A stretch of 64,000 nt of DNA from Gammaproteobacteria bacterium (GCA_963662545.2 CAXXLL010000003.1:2016001-2080000); one strand, 5' to 3'; counted from the first letter of the stretch, positions 10,472-21,217 are shown. Made by a program: numbers and translations. The notes: a model not told the origin generated them from the sequence alone.

Positions 10472-10689
10472 TTCGACTCCCTGGCAAAGTACCTCGCCGC
10501 TTCTTTTAAAAAATCACGCTCCTCTGTGACCTTGCTCAGTTCGCGCTTGAGTCGCGTCATCTCCTCGTCGCGGCTCTTGCCGTGGCCTGGGAACGCAGCC
10601 TTCTCCCCGTGCTCACTTACCAAATCCTGCCACCGCCGAAGCTGTCGCGTACTGATCCCAAGCTCCTCGCACACCAGAGCACCCGTCAC
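10468..10689 (-). pseudogene. IS3 OrfA, 5'-truncated
   Basis: ELGIS..QLRRW HTH, AFPGHG, EERDFLKEAARYFA. Confidence 0.8.
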
Positions 10690-10690
10690 C

Positions 10691-10981
10691 CGGAATCGGG
10701 TGCCGGAGTTGACTTAATTGACTAGAACGAGAATCGGATGTCGGAATTGACTTAATTGACTAAGTAAGCGGAATCGAAGCGGAATCGGGTGCCGGAGTTG
10801 ACTTAATTGACTAGAACGAGAATCGGATGTCGGAATTGACTTAATTGACTAAGTGCGCCGGGCCGCTGTCGGGACCGTGAAAACGCGCGGCACCGTGTAA
10901 AACGTGGTTTGCCCCCTAGGATACTAGGATAGGCGGCGCCAATACGGCGGTAAGTTAGTCAAATAAGTCAACTCCGGCACC
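10691..10981. repeat. REP-like array: two identical 75-bp units (10691-10765, 10780-10854) holding four CGGA(G/A)TTGACTTAATTGACTA cores, plus an inverted core at 10956-10981
   Basis: Direct sequence comparison. Confidence 0.9.
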
Positions 10982-11157
10982 GTTTATTCCACCGCGGTGC
11001 GGACGTTCGCGGCATAAGCGGTTTTCCTCTGCCGAAGCGTTGAATTAAGGTCACCGCGCCGAGGTGCACGTTCTGCGCCTGCGCGGCAATTGGCGCGTGT
11101 AAGATCAGATTGAAACCGGAGCGCGGATCTGTAAGAACGAGTCCGAGTTTCTACACC

Positions 11158-12070
11158 TTAGCAGTCTTCCCAATACGGGCACCCACTCCATAGTTCAGCC
11201 AGGAAATCGATGAATGCCCGAATTCGCCGCGGTAAATTACGCGTGTTCGGGTAGATTGCGTAGACCGACAGATCGATCCACTTGTAACGAGTCAGCACCG
11301 GTTCCAGCAGACCTGCCTTTACCGCCTCGTAGCAGATGAACTTTGGCTGGAGGATCACCCCGCGGCCCGCTATTGCTGCATCGCGCAGAAAATCGCCGTT
11401 GTTTGCCTGCAGGATCGCCGGCACGCGGACGCTGCCGGAGCGGCCGTTCGCGGTGTGATAGCGCCAGGTGGTCGATGTGCGATTGGAATAGTGCATGCCG
11501 TGATGCGCGGCAAGGTCGTCGGGCGTCTTCGGTTTCCCGTGGCTCTTCCAGTAGTCAGGGCTCGCCGAGACCAGGCCCGTAATGGGCGCCAGGCGCCGGG
11601 CGCCGGGCAATCATGCGCGAGTCACTGAGCGTTGCAATGCGGACCGCGAGGTCGATGCCTTCTTCGATGATGTCGATCTGTCGGTCGTTGAATTCGATGT
11701 CGAATTGAATATCGGGGTGATTCTCGAGGAACGCATTGATGGCCGGACCTAAGTGCTGGGTGCCGAATACCGTCGGCGCGGCCAGGCGGATCCGGCCCGT
11801 CAGCGCGGCTTCGGCTGACGCTACGTTCGCCTCCACCTCGTTCAACTCCGCCAGCAGGCGGGTGCATTCGCCGTAAAAGCGCTGCCCCGCATCGGTCAGC
11901 GTCATGCGTCGCGTGGTGCGGTTGATGAGCTGGACACCGAGGCGAACTTCGAGGTCTGACAAGCGCCGGCTGACGGCCGACTTCGCGACGTGGCTTTGAT
12001 CGGCCGCGCGGGTGATGCTGCCCGCATCGATGACGCGCACGAAATTCCGCATTTCTTCGAATCGGTCCAT
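11158..12070 (-). pseudogene. LysR-family regulator frameshifted by a 7-bp tandem duplication (CGCCGGG, 11594-11607)
   Basis: HTH in one frame and effector-domain C-terminus in another; removing one copy restores IARRLAPI. Confidence 0.85.
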
Positions 12071-12179
12071 TGTTCTCTATAACAGAACAATAATTTGATT
12101 ATTTGATTATTTATCAATGAATCGTTTTTGTCGATACTTGCCTGCAACTTGAACGGAAACTCTTTCAGAGGAAATGAAA

Positions 12180-12287
12180 ATGGCAAACCGAATCATCAAT
12201 ACACCCGTAATGAACATTGGCTTGAAGGTGCTCGGCCTGGTCGTAGCGATCCAGTTAGTGGTGGCGACCACACCGGGGCTCGTCTGA
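12180..12287 (+). CDS. Putative 35-aa hydrophobic small protein
   Basis: GAGG RBS; MANRIINTPVMNIGLKVLGLVVAIQLVVATTPGLV; divergent from LysR. Confidence 0.45.
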   Translation: MANRIINTPVMNIGLKVLGLVVAIQLVVATTPGLV

Positions 12288-12308
12288 GTAGTCGGCCTCT
12301 TGCCCTAA

Positions 12309-12469
12309 CAGGTTGTTGAAAAACGATGTCCCTATCGTTTTTCAACTCGCAAGACGAAAACGCGGTTTCCGTCTTGCTCCATCAATCAAGCACATAGCGT
12401 GCTCGATTGATGCCGGCACATCCCTGTGCCGGGCACAGGCTGTCGAAAAACGAGTTTTTCAACAGCCTG
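12309..12469. mobile_element. 161-bp MITE with CTAA target-site duplication
   Basis: CAGGTTGTTGAAAAA ... TTTTTCAACAGCCTG TIRs; CTAA at 12305-12308 and 12470-12473; internal hairpins. Confidence 0.8.
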
Positions 12470-12471
12470 CT

Positions 12472-12508
12472 AAAGGACTGACCCCGTGAGAATGAGGTCA
12501 GTCCTTTC
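12472..12508. terminator. Hairpin, possible intrinsic terminator or REP
   Basis: AAAGGACTGACC...GGTCAGTCCTTT 12-bp inverted repeat. Confidence 0.5.
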
Positions 12509-13049
12509 AACGATACTCCGAGCAGTCCGTCCTCGACCCTAAATCACTGCCCCGCCACGATGGGGTCGAGTCTTTCATTGATATAGCGTTAATGATCCGT
12601 ATCAATTTTTGACTCCTTACCTTTTCGCGTCCATCGCGATCGGGTGCTATGTTCGACTCCGGCATCTATTCTTTCAGCGTCGGGCCTGAAATATGCGGCC
12701 CGGTAAATACCGTCGGTCGTACATGCAGCTAGCCCGCCTACCAGCGAATACTACGACCTCACTACCCACAAAGCCGTTTCGTCTTCCCGTATCGCCAAAC
12801 ACCGCGCTATTTGCTCCTGTCCGTCACGTTGTTTCTAAACAACGCGCGGCGTTTACAATACAGTCTGTGAATCATACGAATTTGCTAATACTGCGTAACA
12901 AATCATATAGTTTTTTGAAAAACTCGTGGCTGATATCGTCAGATCTAAATCTGTCGATAAGATGACACGGCCACCACGCCGATAGTATCGATGGACAGGT
13001 AAGCCATCGCTTAGACTAAACACCCGATGATTATTGAAACGGGAGCTTC

Positions 13050-14510
13050 ATGCTAAACAATCCCATCACACTTCCGATGTGGCAAATCACAATACCGGTG
13101 ATTCTGTCGGTATTTTTCATGTTGGAAAAGCTCCTCATTCCCAGTGTGCGATGGATGATCCGGCGCAAGGTGAATCGCGTGCTCACCGAGATCAGCGAGC
13201 ATCTCCAAATCGAGATAAGACCTTTCCAATTGACAAAACGCAAAGTTCTAATCGACCGCCTGATATTTGACTCGAAGGTCATCGAAGGAATGGAGGCGCA
13301 TGTAAAGCTGAACAAGATGCCACGCGAAGTCGCCCAGCAGGAGGTCCTTCAATATGCACGTGAAATCGTCCCGGCCTTTAACGCCTATGTCTATTATCGT
13401 TGGATCTATCGAATGTGTCGGTACGCGTGCCGTCAGCTGTACCGTATCCGTGTCGGGGTTGCCGATGAAAATGAAATTCGATCGATCGATCGAAACGCGA
13501 CAGTTGTATTTGTAATTAACCATCGCAGCAATATCGACTACATGTTGGTCGCGTATCTCGCATCCAAGCAGACAACGCTGTCTTATGCCGCCGGTGAATG
13601 GGCTAAGGTATTTCTACTGCAGTCATTGATACGAGCAATGGGTGCTTTCTTCGTACGGCGCGACTCGCGAAATCCCCTCTATCGGCGCGTTCTTGAGAGA
13701 TACGTTCATATGGCTACGAGAGAAGGCGTCTGCCAAGCGGTGTTTCCAGAAGGCGGTCTTACGAAGACGGGTGCGCTCGCACCACCCAAACTTGGATTTA
13801 TCGATTACATGCTGCGTGGATTTGACGTTGAGAAGGATCGCGACATCGTTTTCGTGCCGGTTGGTATTAACTACGATAAGGTGCTTGAAGATAATATCCA
13901 GATTAACGCTGCGAAAGGTATTCCAATAAGTCGCTCACTTTGGAAATGGGGGAAGGTCATCTTTCGATTTGTCGTGGCGAATTTTTCTATTCCCCAAGCT
14001 CAACGACACGATTTATTCGGCTACGCAAGTGTAAATTTCGGCCGCGTCATTTCGGTGAAAATGTTCGCGCAGGAGCAAGGGATCAACTTCATAAGCTTGG
14101 ACAAGGACACGAGGTTTAGATATACCGCGATCCTAGGTGAAAAGTTGATGAATGGTATCGGCTACGTCACTCCAATTTTGCCGGTGCCGCTTATCGCGCA
14201 AGCGTTCAAGAAAACCGCAGAAAACTCGCTGTCTGAATTGGAAGTCATTTCAAAAGTCCATGATCTAATAGATGCATTGATCAGCTACGGCGCACCGATA
14301 AACAATGCCGAGAAGCCAGCGAAAAAGACCCTCCAAAAGGCGCTCGCTTTAATGACTCACTATTCAATGCTTGAACTCAGAGATGATCGCTACCATGCGG
14401 TTGATACTTCATCGGAACTACTCTCTTACTATGCGAACTCAATCGCTCATTGGTTTGAACAAATCGAGCATATAGATCCGAGACCGCAAAGTATCGGAGA
14501 AGCAGCGTAA
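13050..14510 (+). CDS. Glycerol-3-phosphate acyltransferase-like (PlsB/PlsC superfamily)
   Basis: NHRSNID (HxxxxD), GAFFVRR, FPEGG, VPVGINYD. Confidence 0.85.
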   Translation: MLNNPITLPMWQITIPVILSVFFMLEKLLIPSVRWMIRRKVNRVLTEISEHLQIEIRPFQLTKRKVLIDRLIFDSKVIEGMEAHVKLNKMPREVAQQEVLQYAREIVPAFNAYVYYRWIYRMCRYACRQLYRIRVGVADENEIRSIDRNATVVFVINHRSNIDYMLVAYLASKQTTLSYAAGEWAKVFLLQSLIRAMGAFFVRRDSRNPLYRRVLERYVHMATREGVCQAVFPEGGLTKTGALAPPKLGFIDYMLRGFDVEKDRDIVFVPVGINYDKVLEDNIQINAAKGIPISRSLWKWGKVIFRFVVANFSIPQAQRHDLFGYASVNFGRVISVKMFAQEQGINFISLDKDTRFRYTAILGEKLMNGIGYVTPILPVPLIAQAFKKTAENSLSELEVISKVHDLIDALISYGAPINNAEKPAKKTLQKALALMTHYSMLELRDDRYHAVDTSSELLSYYANSIAHWFEQIEHIDPRPQSIGEAA

Positions 14511-14621
14511 TCGTATTACCCGTCGTCATTCTCCCTAGAACCTATCTCGAAATTATTCGGGTTCTGATTATACCCGGCGTGAATGTGAGGCTTTAGGGCG
14601 CTTGGTGTTCTGATCAGTTTC

Positions 14622-15518
14622 TCAAGGCGCCAGGCGCGAGCGCAATGTTTCCTTCATCCAGTCCACCAATGTACGCAGCCTGGGCGACATCAAACGCGCG
14701 TCAGGATAGACGAGGTTGACCGGAAGCGCCGGCGTTTCGAATGCTTCGAGCACGAGCTTAAGCCCGCCGTGGTCAAGAAGCGGTTCAACCTGATAGTGAA
14801 GAAACGATCCGAATCCGAGGCCGGCGGCGCAGGCGTCGACGGCCGCCGCTGCCTGATTGCAAACGAAACGGCTCCTCACCGAAACCCCGAAGCGATGGCC
14901 TTTTGCTTCGAAGAACCAATTCGAACCCGCCGTGAGCCCCCGGAATACGACACAAGAGTGCCCTTCGAGTTCGTCCGGATGCTGCGGGACGCCGACTTCC
15001 TCCAGATAATCTGAACTTGCTACGACCACGCGGCGCATTCGACCGACGGGGATCGCGATCATTGACGAATCCCCCAAGGTCCCTATACGAACGCCGAGAT
15101 CGAGGCCCTCCTCGACGAGATTGACCACCCGATCAAGCAACAGTAGCTCCAGACGAACGTGAACGTAGCGGCTCACGAAATCCGCAAGGGCCGGCATCAC
15201 GTGCCGCTGACCGAACAACACGGGCGCGGTCATTCGAATTTCGCCGCGCGGTTCCCCGCCGTCCGCGGCGATGGCCCGCTCGGCTTCGTCAATATCGGCG
15301 AGGATGCGGCGGCAACGGTCGAGATAGACGCGTCCTTCTTCGGTCAAGGTCATGCGTCGCGTGGTGCGGGTGAGTAGGCGGGTTCCGAGTTCCCCTTCGA
15401 GTGTTGCGAGCGTGCGCACGATCGTCGGGGGCGCTCGATCGAGGGAGGTGGCCGCTGCCGTCAGGCTACCGTGCTCGACGATCTCGACGAACACCTTCAT
15501 GGCGGCGAGCTTGTCCAT
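14622..15518 (-). CDS. LysR-family regulator (CrgA-like)
   Basis: N-terminal HTH, RTTRRMTLTEEG, NLVEEGLDLGVRIG. Confidence 0.95.
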   Translation of the reverse strand: MDKLAAMKVFVEIVEHGSLTAAATSLDRAPPTIVRTLATLEGELGTRLLTRTTRRMTLTEEGRVYLDRCRRILADIDEAERAIAADGGEPRGEIRMTAPVLFGQRHVMPALADFVSRYVHVRLELLLLDRVVNLVEEGLDLGVRIGTLGDSSMIAIPVGRMRRVVVASSDYLEEVGVPQHPDELEGHSCVVFRGLTAGSNWFFEAKGHRFGVSVRSRFVCNQAAAAVDACAAGLGFGSFLHYQVEPLLDHGGLKLVLEAFETPALPVNLVYPDARLMSPRLRTLVDWMKETLRSRLAP

Positions 15519-15665
15519 GATGTCCTATTATTCAGTAAAGCTGATAAAAGATGTTAAATAGATGCTATTTATTCATTTAATTGTCCAGTGTAAGTTCGTT
15601 TTTGAGGTCGTCAGGTGGCTCTCCACGAGCGGTATTACTCTAGATGGACGACCCGGAGGCAAATC

Positions 15666-17363
15666 ATGACTGATGCAAACCAGGGTCGGAACGCAGACAC
15701 CCAAATCGCTAACGACGAATCACCGTTTCACGAAGGCGAGAGACAGGTCCAGCAACGCATGGGGGTTCGCGACGACATCGAGCCGTGGGCCCGCAAGGTC
15801 GTGCGATCGGTCTTATCGGAGCAGCATCGAAATTTTTATGCCGGCTTGCCGTTTCTGGTCGCTGCGGCGCGGGACGCGCGCGGACAGCCGTGGGCGACTT
15901 TACTGGTCGGGGCGCCCGGCTTCGCGCATTCACCGGAGCCCGGTCGTCTCGCCATCGAGGCACAGACCGTCGCCGGTGATGCCTTGAATCACGCACTGGT
16001 CGACGGCACCGAACTCGGCATTCTCGGGATTGAGCTATCGACCCGGCGGCGCAATCGCGTTAACGGGCGCGTACGCCTGAGCGACGGACGACGGTTGGAT
16101 CTCGCCGTCGAGCAGGCGTTCGGCAATTGCCCGCAATACATTCATCCCCGCGAGTGGACCTTCGTCGACGCCCCGCGGCACGCAGCGCCGCACCCGCGTC
16201 GCGCGACCTTGAGTGCGGACAACGTCACCTGGATCGAGGATGCCGACACGATGTTCATCGCATCCGGGCATAGCGGCGAGGGTGAATCCCCATCGTTCGG
16301 CATGGATGCATCCCATCGCGGGGGCGAACCGGGTTTCGTACGCGTCCTCAGCGACACGACCCTCGTATTTCCAGATTACGCGGGCAACAACCACTACAAC
16401 ACCATTGGCAATCTGACGATGGATCCAAGAGTGGGTCTGCTGTTCGTTGATTTTCAAACCGGCGGCATGCTGCAGCTTACCGGTCGCGCGACGATCGAAT
16501 GGGATTCGGCGCGTATCGCAGAATTTCCCGGCGCGCAGCGGTTGGTGGCAATTGCGATCGAAGAAGTAATCGAACTTCCAGCTGCAATACTGCTGCGCTG
16601 GACTGCTGACAGTGGCGCAGTGCGAACGCTGCGGCTAGTCGAGAAAACCGAGGAAAGCGAGGAAATCACTTCTTTTACGTTCGAAGCGCGTGACGGCGGC
16701 GTCCTCGCAGACTTCGAACCGGGGCAGCACCTCCCGATTGAACTTCGGCTGGCCGGAAGAGCGACGCCGGAGCGTCGCACCTATTCTCTGTCGAATGGCC
16801 CGAGTCGCGGGCGCTATCGCATCTCGGTCAAACGCGAATCCCATGGCCTGGTATCGCGCGCGCTGCATGATGGTCTGGAAGTCGGGGATTTTATCGATGC
16901 GCAGCTGCCGGCCGGCGATTTCGTTCTAGAAAATACCGGACGACGCGTCGTGCTCGTCAGCGCCGGGGTCGGTGTCACACCGATGTTGAGCATGTTTCAT
17001 GCGCTTCTTGAAGCCCGCGATCCGCGGCCCGTTTCGTTTTTCCACGCTGCGCGCGACCGCCGGCACCATGTGTTTGCCGACGAGGTACGGTCCTTGGCCA
17101 ATCAGGGTCAGGACGTCTCCGTGCACGTTTCCTTTAGCCGCCCGGGCCCGGATGATCGACAAGGGCTTGATTACGACACGGCAGGCCGCCTGGATGCCGA
17201 GCGCGTGTCGGCAGAACTGCCGAGTCTCGATGCTGAGTATTATCTCTGTGGTCCAGTCGCCTTCATGGCCGCCATGCAGGATGGTCTCGAAGCGCTGGGT
17301 GTAGCCGGCGAGCGCATTCACAGCGAAACATTCGGCCCGGCGACGACCGTCGCGCGGGCATGA
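15666..17363 (+). CDS. Pyridoxamine-5'-phosphate-oxidase-like domains fused to an FAD/NAD(P)H (FNR-type) oxidoreductase
   Basis: SPFHEGE, RRRNRVNG, GNCPQYI, DASHRGGEPGF; RTYSLS, GVGVTP, YLCGP; ATG after GGAGG. Confidence 0.85.
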   Translation: MTDANQGRNADTQIANDESPFHEGERQVQQRMGVRDDIEPWARKVVRSVLSEQHRNFYAGLPFLVAAARDARGQPWATLLVGAPGFAHSPEPGRLAIEAQTVAGDALNHALVDGTELGILGIELSTRRRNRVNGRVRLSDGRRLDLAVEQAFGNCPQYIHPREWTFVDAPRHAAPHPRRATLSADNVTWIEDADTMFIASGHSGEGESPSFGMDASHRGGEPGFVRVLSDTTLVFPDYAGNNHYNTIGNLTMDPRVGLLFVDFQTGGMLQLTGRATIEWDSARIAEFPGAQRLVAIAIEEVIELPAAILLRWTADSGAVRTLRLVEKTEESEEITSFTFEARDGGVLADFEPGQHLPIELRLAGRATPERRTYSLSNGPSRGRYRISVKRESHGLVSRALHDGLEVGDFIDAQLPAGDFVLENTGRRVVLVSAGVGVTPMLSMFHALLEARDPRPVSFFHAARDRRHHVFADEVRSLANQGQDVSVHVSFSRPGPDDRQGLDYDTAGRLDAERVSAELPSLDAEYYLCGPVAFMAAMQDGLEALGVAGERIHSETFGPATTVARA

Positions 17364-17576
17364 TTAGGAAAGGGTGTGGAAATCTTTTGCTCCTAATCTT
17401 AAGACCAAGGCGTAGGATAAGATGCCAGATCTGTTTTTCGAAATACGGGACACTCTTATTCATCAACTGGTCGCCATGGTCTTTGCCGAGTTGCTGAACT
17501 AAGGGTCTGTATCTGAGCTCAATTGAAAAGTGAGGTAGCGACACGCGGCGATATGAGTGCGAGCACTGACGGCTGG

Positions 17577-18198
17577 ATGGAAAGTTCGGACGTACTGTCG
17601 TTGTTTCCCACGCTCGTCTGGAAGATCTTACTCGCGGCCGAGGTCCGCCAGGATATCGATACCTCGGTCCGCGAAGTGCTCGAGCTTGTGCGCCGCGGAT
17701 CAACTGCGCTAGAGCACGGTGAGGCCTGGCAGTCCGAACGAAATCTGCACGAGTTGCCGGGGCTCGCAGGCCTGGTTGCATGTATCGATCGCGCGAGCCG
17801 CAGCGCGATGCGCTCCCTGAGAATCAACTACGACGCTTTTGAGATCACCGGATGCTGGGCGAATATCAGCGCGCCCGGCGCATCGCACGGCATGCACAGC
17901 CACCCGAACAATTTTCTGAGCGGCGTCTACTATCTGCAAACGCGCGCGGGTGCGGATACCGTCAACTTTCACGATCCAAGATCTCAGTCCGGCATCATCA
18001 GGCCCCCGGGTGACGGAATTGACACGGGAAAACACCGATCAGGTAGTCGTGAGCGTGAACGACGGTACGTTGCTTATCTTTCCATCCTATCTGCAACACT
18101 CCGTCGAACCGAACGGGAGCGAAGAACCCCGGATAAGCGTGAGCTTCAATATTATGTTTTCGGCTTTCGCGGAAAATCTAAGTAAGCCCTTGTGGTAG
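17577..18198 (+). pseudogene. 2OG-Fe(II) oxygenase (TIGR02466-like) with +1 frameshift near 18008
   Basis: WANI, HSHPNNFLSGVYY, DPR in one frame; IFPSYLQHSV and RISVSFN in another. Confidence 0.8.
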
Positions 18199-18223
18199 CC
18201 GCGAAACGATCGCCGTCGAATCC

Positions 18224-19822
18224 TTGGATCTGTCGTTGATGGCAGGTTCCGGCGCCAATGCGGCGATCGAAACCGCTTTGCGCTATCACGAAGCCACCAA
18301 GCACAGCGAAGCAAGCCTTCGCGGCGACGCGTTTAGCCTGGATTGGGCAAACCAGCCGCGACCGTTCAAGATCTATCGAGACCTCGAGTCGGTAACCCTG
18401 CCCGCGGATGCGCTATCTCCAGAGTCGGACGCGCCGCCGGCGCTGGAGACGCTGGCCGTGACGGCGGACGATATTCGGGCAGAAGGCACGCGCGAGTGCG
18501 TGCCAAACCTCGGGATCCTCGCACGAGTACTGCATCTAAGCGCGGGCATCACCAAGCGCAAGTCGACTGCGGGCGGTGATATGTATTTTCGCGCGTATCC
18601 GAATACGGGTGGCCTTTATCACATCGATGTCTATCTGGTTGCCGGGGATCTGCCGGATCTGCCGGCCGGGGTCTATCATTTCGGGCCGCACGACTTTTCC
18701 CTGCACCGCTTGCGTGCCGGCGATTATCGTGCGGTGCTGCTCGAAGCATCGGGCGACCACGCGCGTCTAGCATGCGCGCCGGTGATCGCGATCAGCGTCT
18801 CGACTTATTGGCGAAACGCCTGGAAGTACCGAACGCGTACCTATCGTCATTGCTTCTGGGATGCAGGAACGCTTCACGCGAACCTGATCGCGGTCGCCGG
18901 CGTCGAGGGGTTGTCGCCGATGACCGTGCTCGGCTTCGCCGATTCGACTGTTGCGCGGCTACTCGCGCTGGATCCCAAGCGCGAAGCGGCGCTAACCCTT
19001 ACAGCGCTAGGACACAGTACGTCCGCGGCACCCGCTGCGCCGCCGTTGTCCGAGCTTGCGCTCGAGACCCTGCCGCAATCAGGTTCCGAAATAGACTATC
19101 CGATGATCGGCGAGATGCACGTCGCTTCCTCGTTGTCGAGCGGGGCCGAGGCCGCCGCCTGGCGCGGCGGTATGCCGGCGCCGGAAGCCGACGCCGGCCA
19201 GGGTGAAGTGCATGCGCTCGAACCGACGCCGGCGGGCGACCTGCCCGCTCTTTCATTCGCCGAGCTCGTTCGAAAACGCGGCTCGACCCGTGTTTTCGAT
19301 CGCGCCCGCGCGGTCTCCTTCGAGGCATTGTCCACGGTCCTCGATCGCGCGACGCGGCCCATCCCGGCCGATATGCTCGAGCCGCCGGGGACGACGCTGC
19401 TCGAGCTGTACCTCATCGTGAATGCGGTAGACGGCATGCAGCCCGGCAGTTACTACTACCGGCGCCGCGAGGCTGCGCTCGAATTGCTGCAGGAAGGAAA
19501 CTTTCGCGACGCCGCGGGCCGGCTCGATCTCGGCCAGGACCTGGCGGCCGATGCGGCGGTAAATGTTTACACGCTGTGCGCGTTGCCCGCAATACTCGAA
19601 CGCTTCGGCAATCGGGGTTACCGGGCGGCACAGCTGGAGGGGGGGATCATCGGGGGCCGCCTGTACCTCGGCGCCTACGCACAGGGCTTCGGCGCCACCG
19701 GATTGACGTTCTTCGACGACGAAGTGATCGAGTTTTTTTCGCCGCACGCAAGCGGCAAAAGCGTTATGTTCCTGGTCGCGCTGGGCTATCCCGATCGTGT
19801 CGCACTCGGGCTCGGTCGCTGA
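18224..19822 (+). CDS. SagB/ThcOx-like tandem nitroreductase-fold dehydrogenase
   Basis: YHEATKH, LDWANQP, two nitroreductase-like domains, GATGLTFFDD; start codon uncertain. Confidence 0.85.
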   Translation: MDLSLMAGSGANAAIETALRYHEATKHSEASLRGDAFSLDWANQPRPFKIYRDLESVTLPADALSPESDAPPALETLAVTADDIRAEGTRECVPNLGILARVLHLSAGITKRKSTAGGDMYFRAYPNTGGLYHIDVYLVAGDLPDLPAGVYHFGPHDFSLHRLRAGDYRAVLLEASGDHARLACAPVIAISVSTYWRNAWKYRTRTYRHCFWDAGTLHANLIAVAGVEGLSPMTVLGFADSTVARLLALDPKREAALTLTALGHSTSAAPAAPPLSELALETLPQSGSEIDYPMIGEMHVASSLSSGAEAAAWRGGMPAPEADAGQGEVHALEPTPAGDLPALSFAELVRKRGSTRVFDRARAVSFEALSTVLDRATRPIPADMLEPPGTTLLELYLIVNAVDGMQPGSYYYRRREAALELLQEGNFRDAAGRLDLGQDLAADAAVNVYTLCALPAILERFGNRGYRAAQLEGGIIGGRLYLGAYAQGFGATGLTFFDDEVIEFFSPHASGKSVMFLVALGYPDRVALGLGR

Positions 19823-19864
19823 GGCCTAAGGGTAATTAGGAGTCGCTTTGCCGGCGACCACAAT

Positions 19865-21217
19865 TTATCTTCGCCGCCGTGTCGCGCTCAAGCGCGTGCC
19901 GTCGTGCGGCCCGATGGCGATGCCACGCCGCGCGGGTTTCGAGACCGCGCCGGCGGGCCGTTCCATTTTCAGTACGGAGAACAGAGTCGCCAGCACGACT
20001 TTCATTTCATAGAGTGCGAGGGCCTGGCCCAGACAGGCGCGGTTGCCGCCGCCGAAGGGGTTCCATTCGTGCGGCGCAAACTTGCGCTCGAGAAAGCGCT
20101 CGGGTCGGAACAGGCGCGGTTCGGGGTAGAGATCTTCGCGCATGTGCAGTACATGAATCGACGGGCACAATACGATGCCCGCGGGGAAAGTGAAGCCGCC
20201 GGTTGAAAAGCTGTCCTTTAGAACGCGCACCACGAAGGGAATGATGCTGCGGATCCGCAGGCTTTCGCGGATCGCGGCATCCAGGTATTCGAGCGAGGCC
20301 ATGTGCTCGGGTTTTGGCAGGTCTTTTCCGCAGACGTCTTCGAGCTCACTTTCAATGCGTTCGACGACATCGGCGCGCGGCAGGATCTGTTCGAACGCCC
20401 AGGAGAGCGACAGAGCGGTCGTGTCATGGCCGGCGGCGAGCACGGTCACGATGGCGTCGCGGAGTTCCAGATCGGTCATCGAGCTGCCGTCGTCGTAGCG
20501 CATGCCGAAGAGATCGGTCAACAGGCATGCCGGGCGTTGGTCCGGCGGCACCGCACGCTGTTGCGCGATCACTTTGTATAACAAGGAGTCGAACTTGCGC
20601 CGCATACGGTAGAACGGGAGCACCCGCGAATCCTGGTACTTGTCCAGCGGAAACAGGTTCCACATGAACAGCGCCAGCGGATGACGCACGTGGGCGAGCA
20701 AGCGCGCCATGGTTGTCTCCAGTTGTTCGAACTCCTCGAGCGGCTCCCTGCCGAGTGCCGCGCGCAGGATGACGCGCAGGGTCACGGTCTGCATCGCCTT
20801 GTCGGCGCGGACAATACCGGCATCGGCCCACTTGTCGGCGACAGCTAGCGCCTCAAGACGCATGGCATCGAAAAAAGTGCGCATGCGCTCGCCCTTGAGC
20901 GGCGGCAGCATGACCTTGCGCTGGCGCACGTGGGCTTCGTCGTCGAGGACGAGGACGGAGCTTGCGCCTACTACCGACGACAAAAGGGCATTGCCCTCGC
21001 CCGCGTGAAGTACGGCGGGGTCGCCGCGGAAGACCGCCCGGATATCATCCGGCCGCGTGAGCTGCACGAGCGTGCCGAAACCCGCGAGCCGGATGGTAAA
21101 AGTCTCGCCGTACTTCGCGCAGTCTTCCAGGTATTCGACAGGGGTGAAGGAATAACGCAAAAGCTGACGGAACGGGCTTTCGGGCGGGCCCGGCGGTAGG
21201 GTAATGGGAGTAGTCAT
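19865..21217 (-). CDS. Cytochrome P450
   Basis: AGHDTT, ESLR (ExxR), PERF, FGGGNRACLG heme ligand. Confidence 0.96.
   Translation of the reverse strand: MTTPITLPPGPPESPFRQLLRYSFTPVEYLEDCAKYGETFTIRLAGFGTLVQLTRPDDIRAVFRGDPAVLHAGEGNALLSSVVGASSVLVLDDEAHVRQRKVMLPPLKGERMRTFFDAMRLEALAVADKWADAGIVRADKAMQTVTLRVILRAALGREPLEEFEQLETTMARLLAHVRHPLALFMWNLFPLDKYQDSRVLPFYRMRRKFDSLLYKVIAQQRAVPPDQRPACLLTDLFGMRYDDGSSMTDLELRDAIVTVLAAGHDTTALSLSWAFEQILPRADVVERIESELEDVCGKDLPKPEHMASLEYLDAAIRESLRIRSIIPFVVRVLKDSFSTGGFTFPAGIVLCPSIHVLHMREDLYPEPRLFRPERFLERKFAPHEWNPFGGGNRACLGQALALYEMKVVLATLFSVLKMERPAGAVSKPARRGIAIGPHDGTRLSATRRRR

Larger units (their letters stand above)
9577..10690 (-). mobile_element. IS3-family insertion sequence, left end missing
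   Basis: Terminus TGGTTCGGCCCC at 9577; overlapping orfA/orfB; orfA N-terminus replaced by a repeat array. Confidence 0.88.

Noticed and set aside
10691-10854. Possible mini CRISPR array
   Set aside because: Spacers are short, unequal and themselves duplicated; no cas genes are present.
18001-18012. Programmed frameshift in the 2OG-Fe(II) oxygenase
   Set aside because: One extra base in a C/G run with no slippery heptamer; mutation or sequencing error is more likely.
18224-21217. RiPP (azole) cluster suggested by SagB-like dehydrogenase plus P450
   Set aside because: No YcaO, precursor peptide or transporter; the genes are convergent and standalone SagB-like proteins are common.
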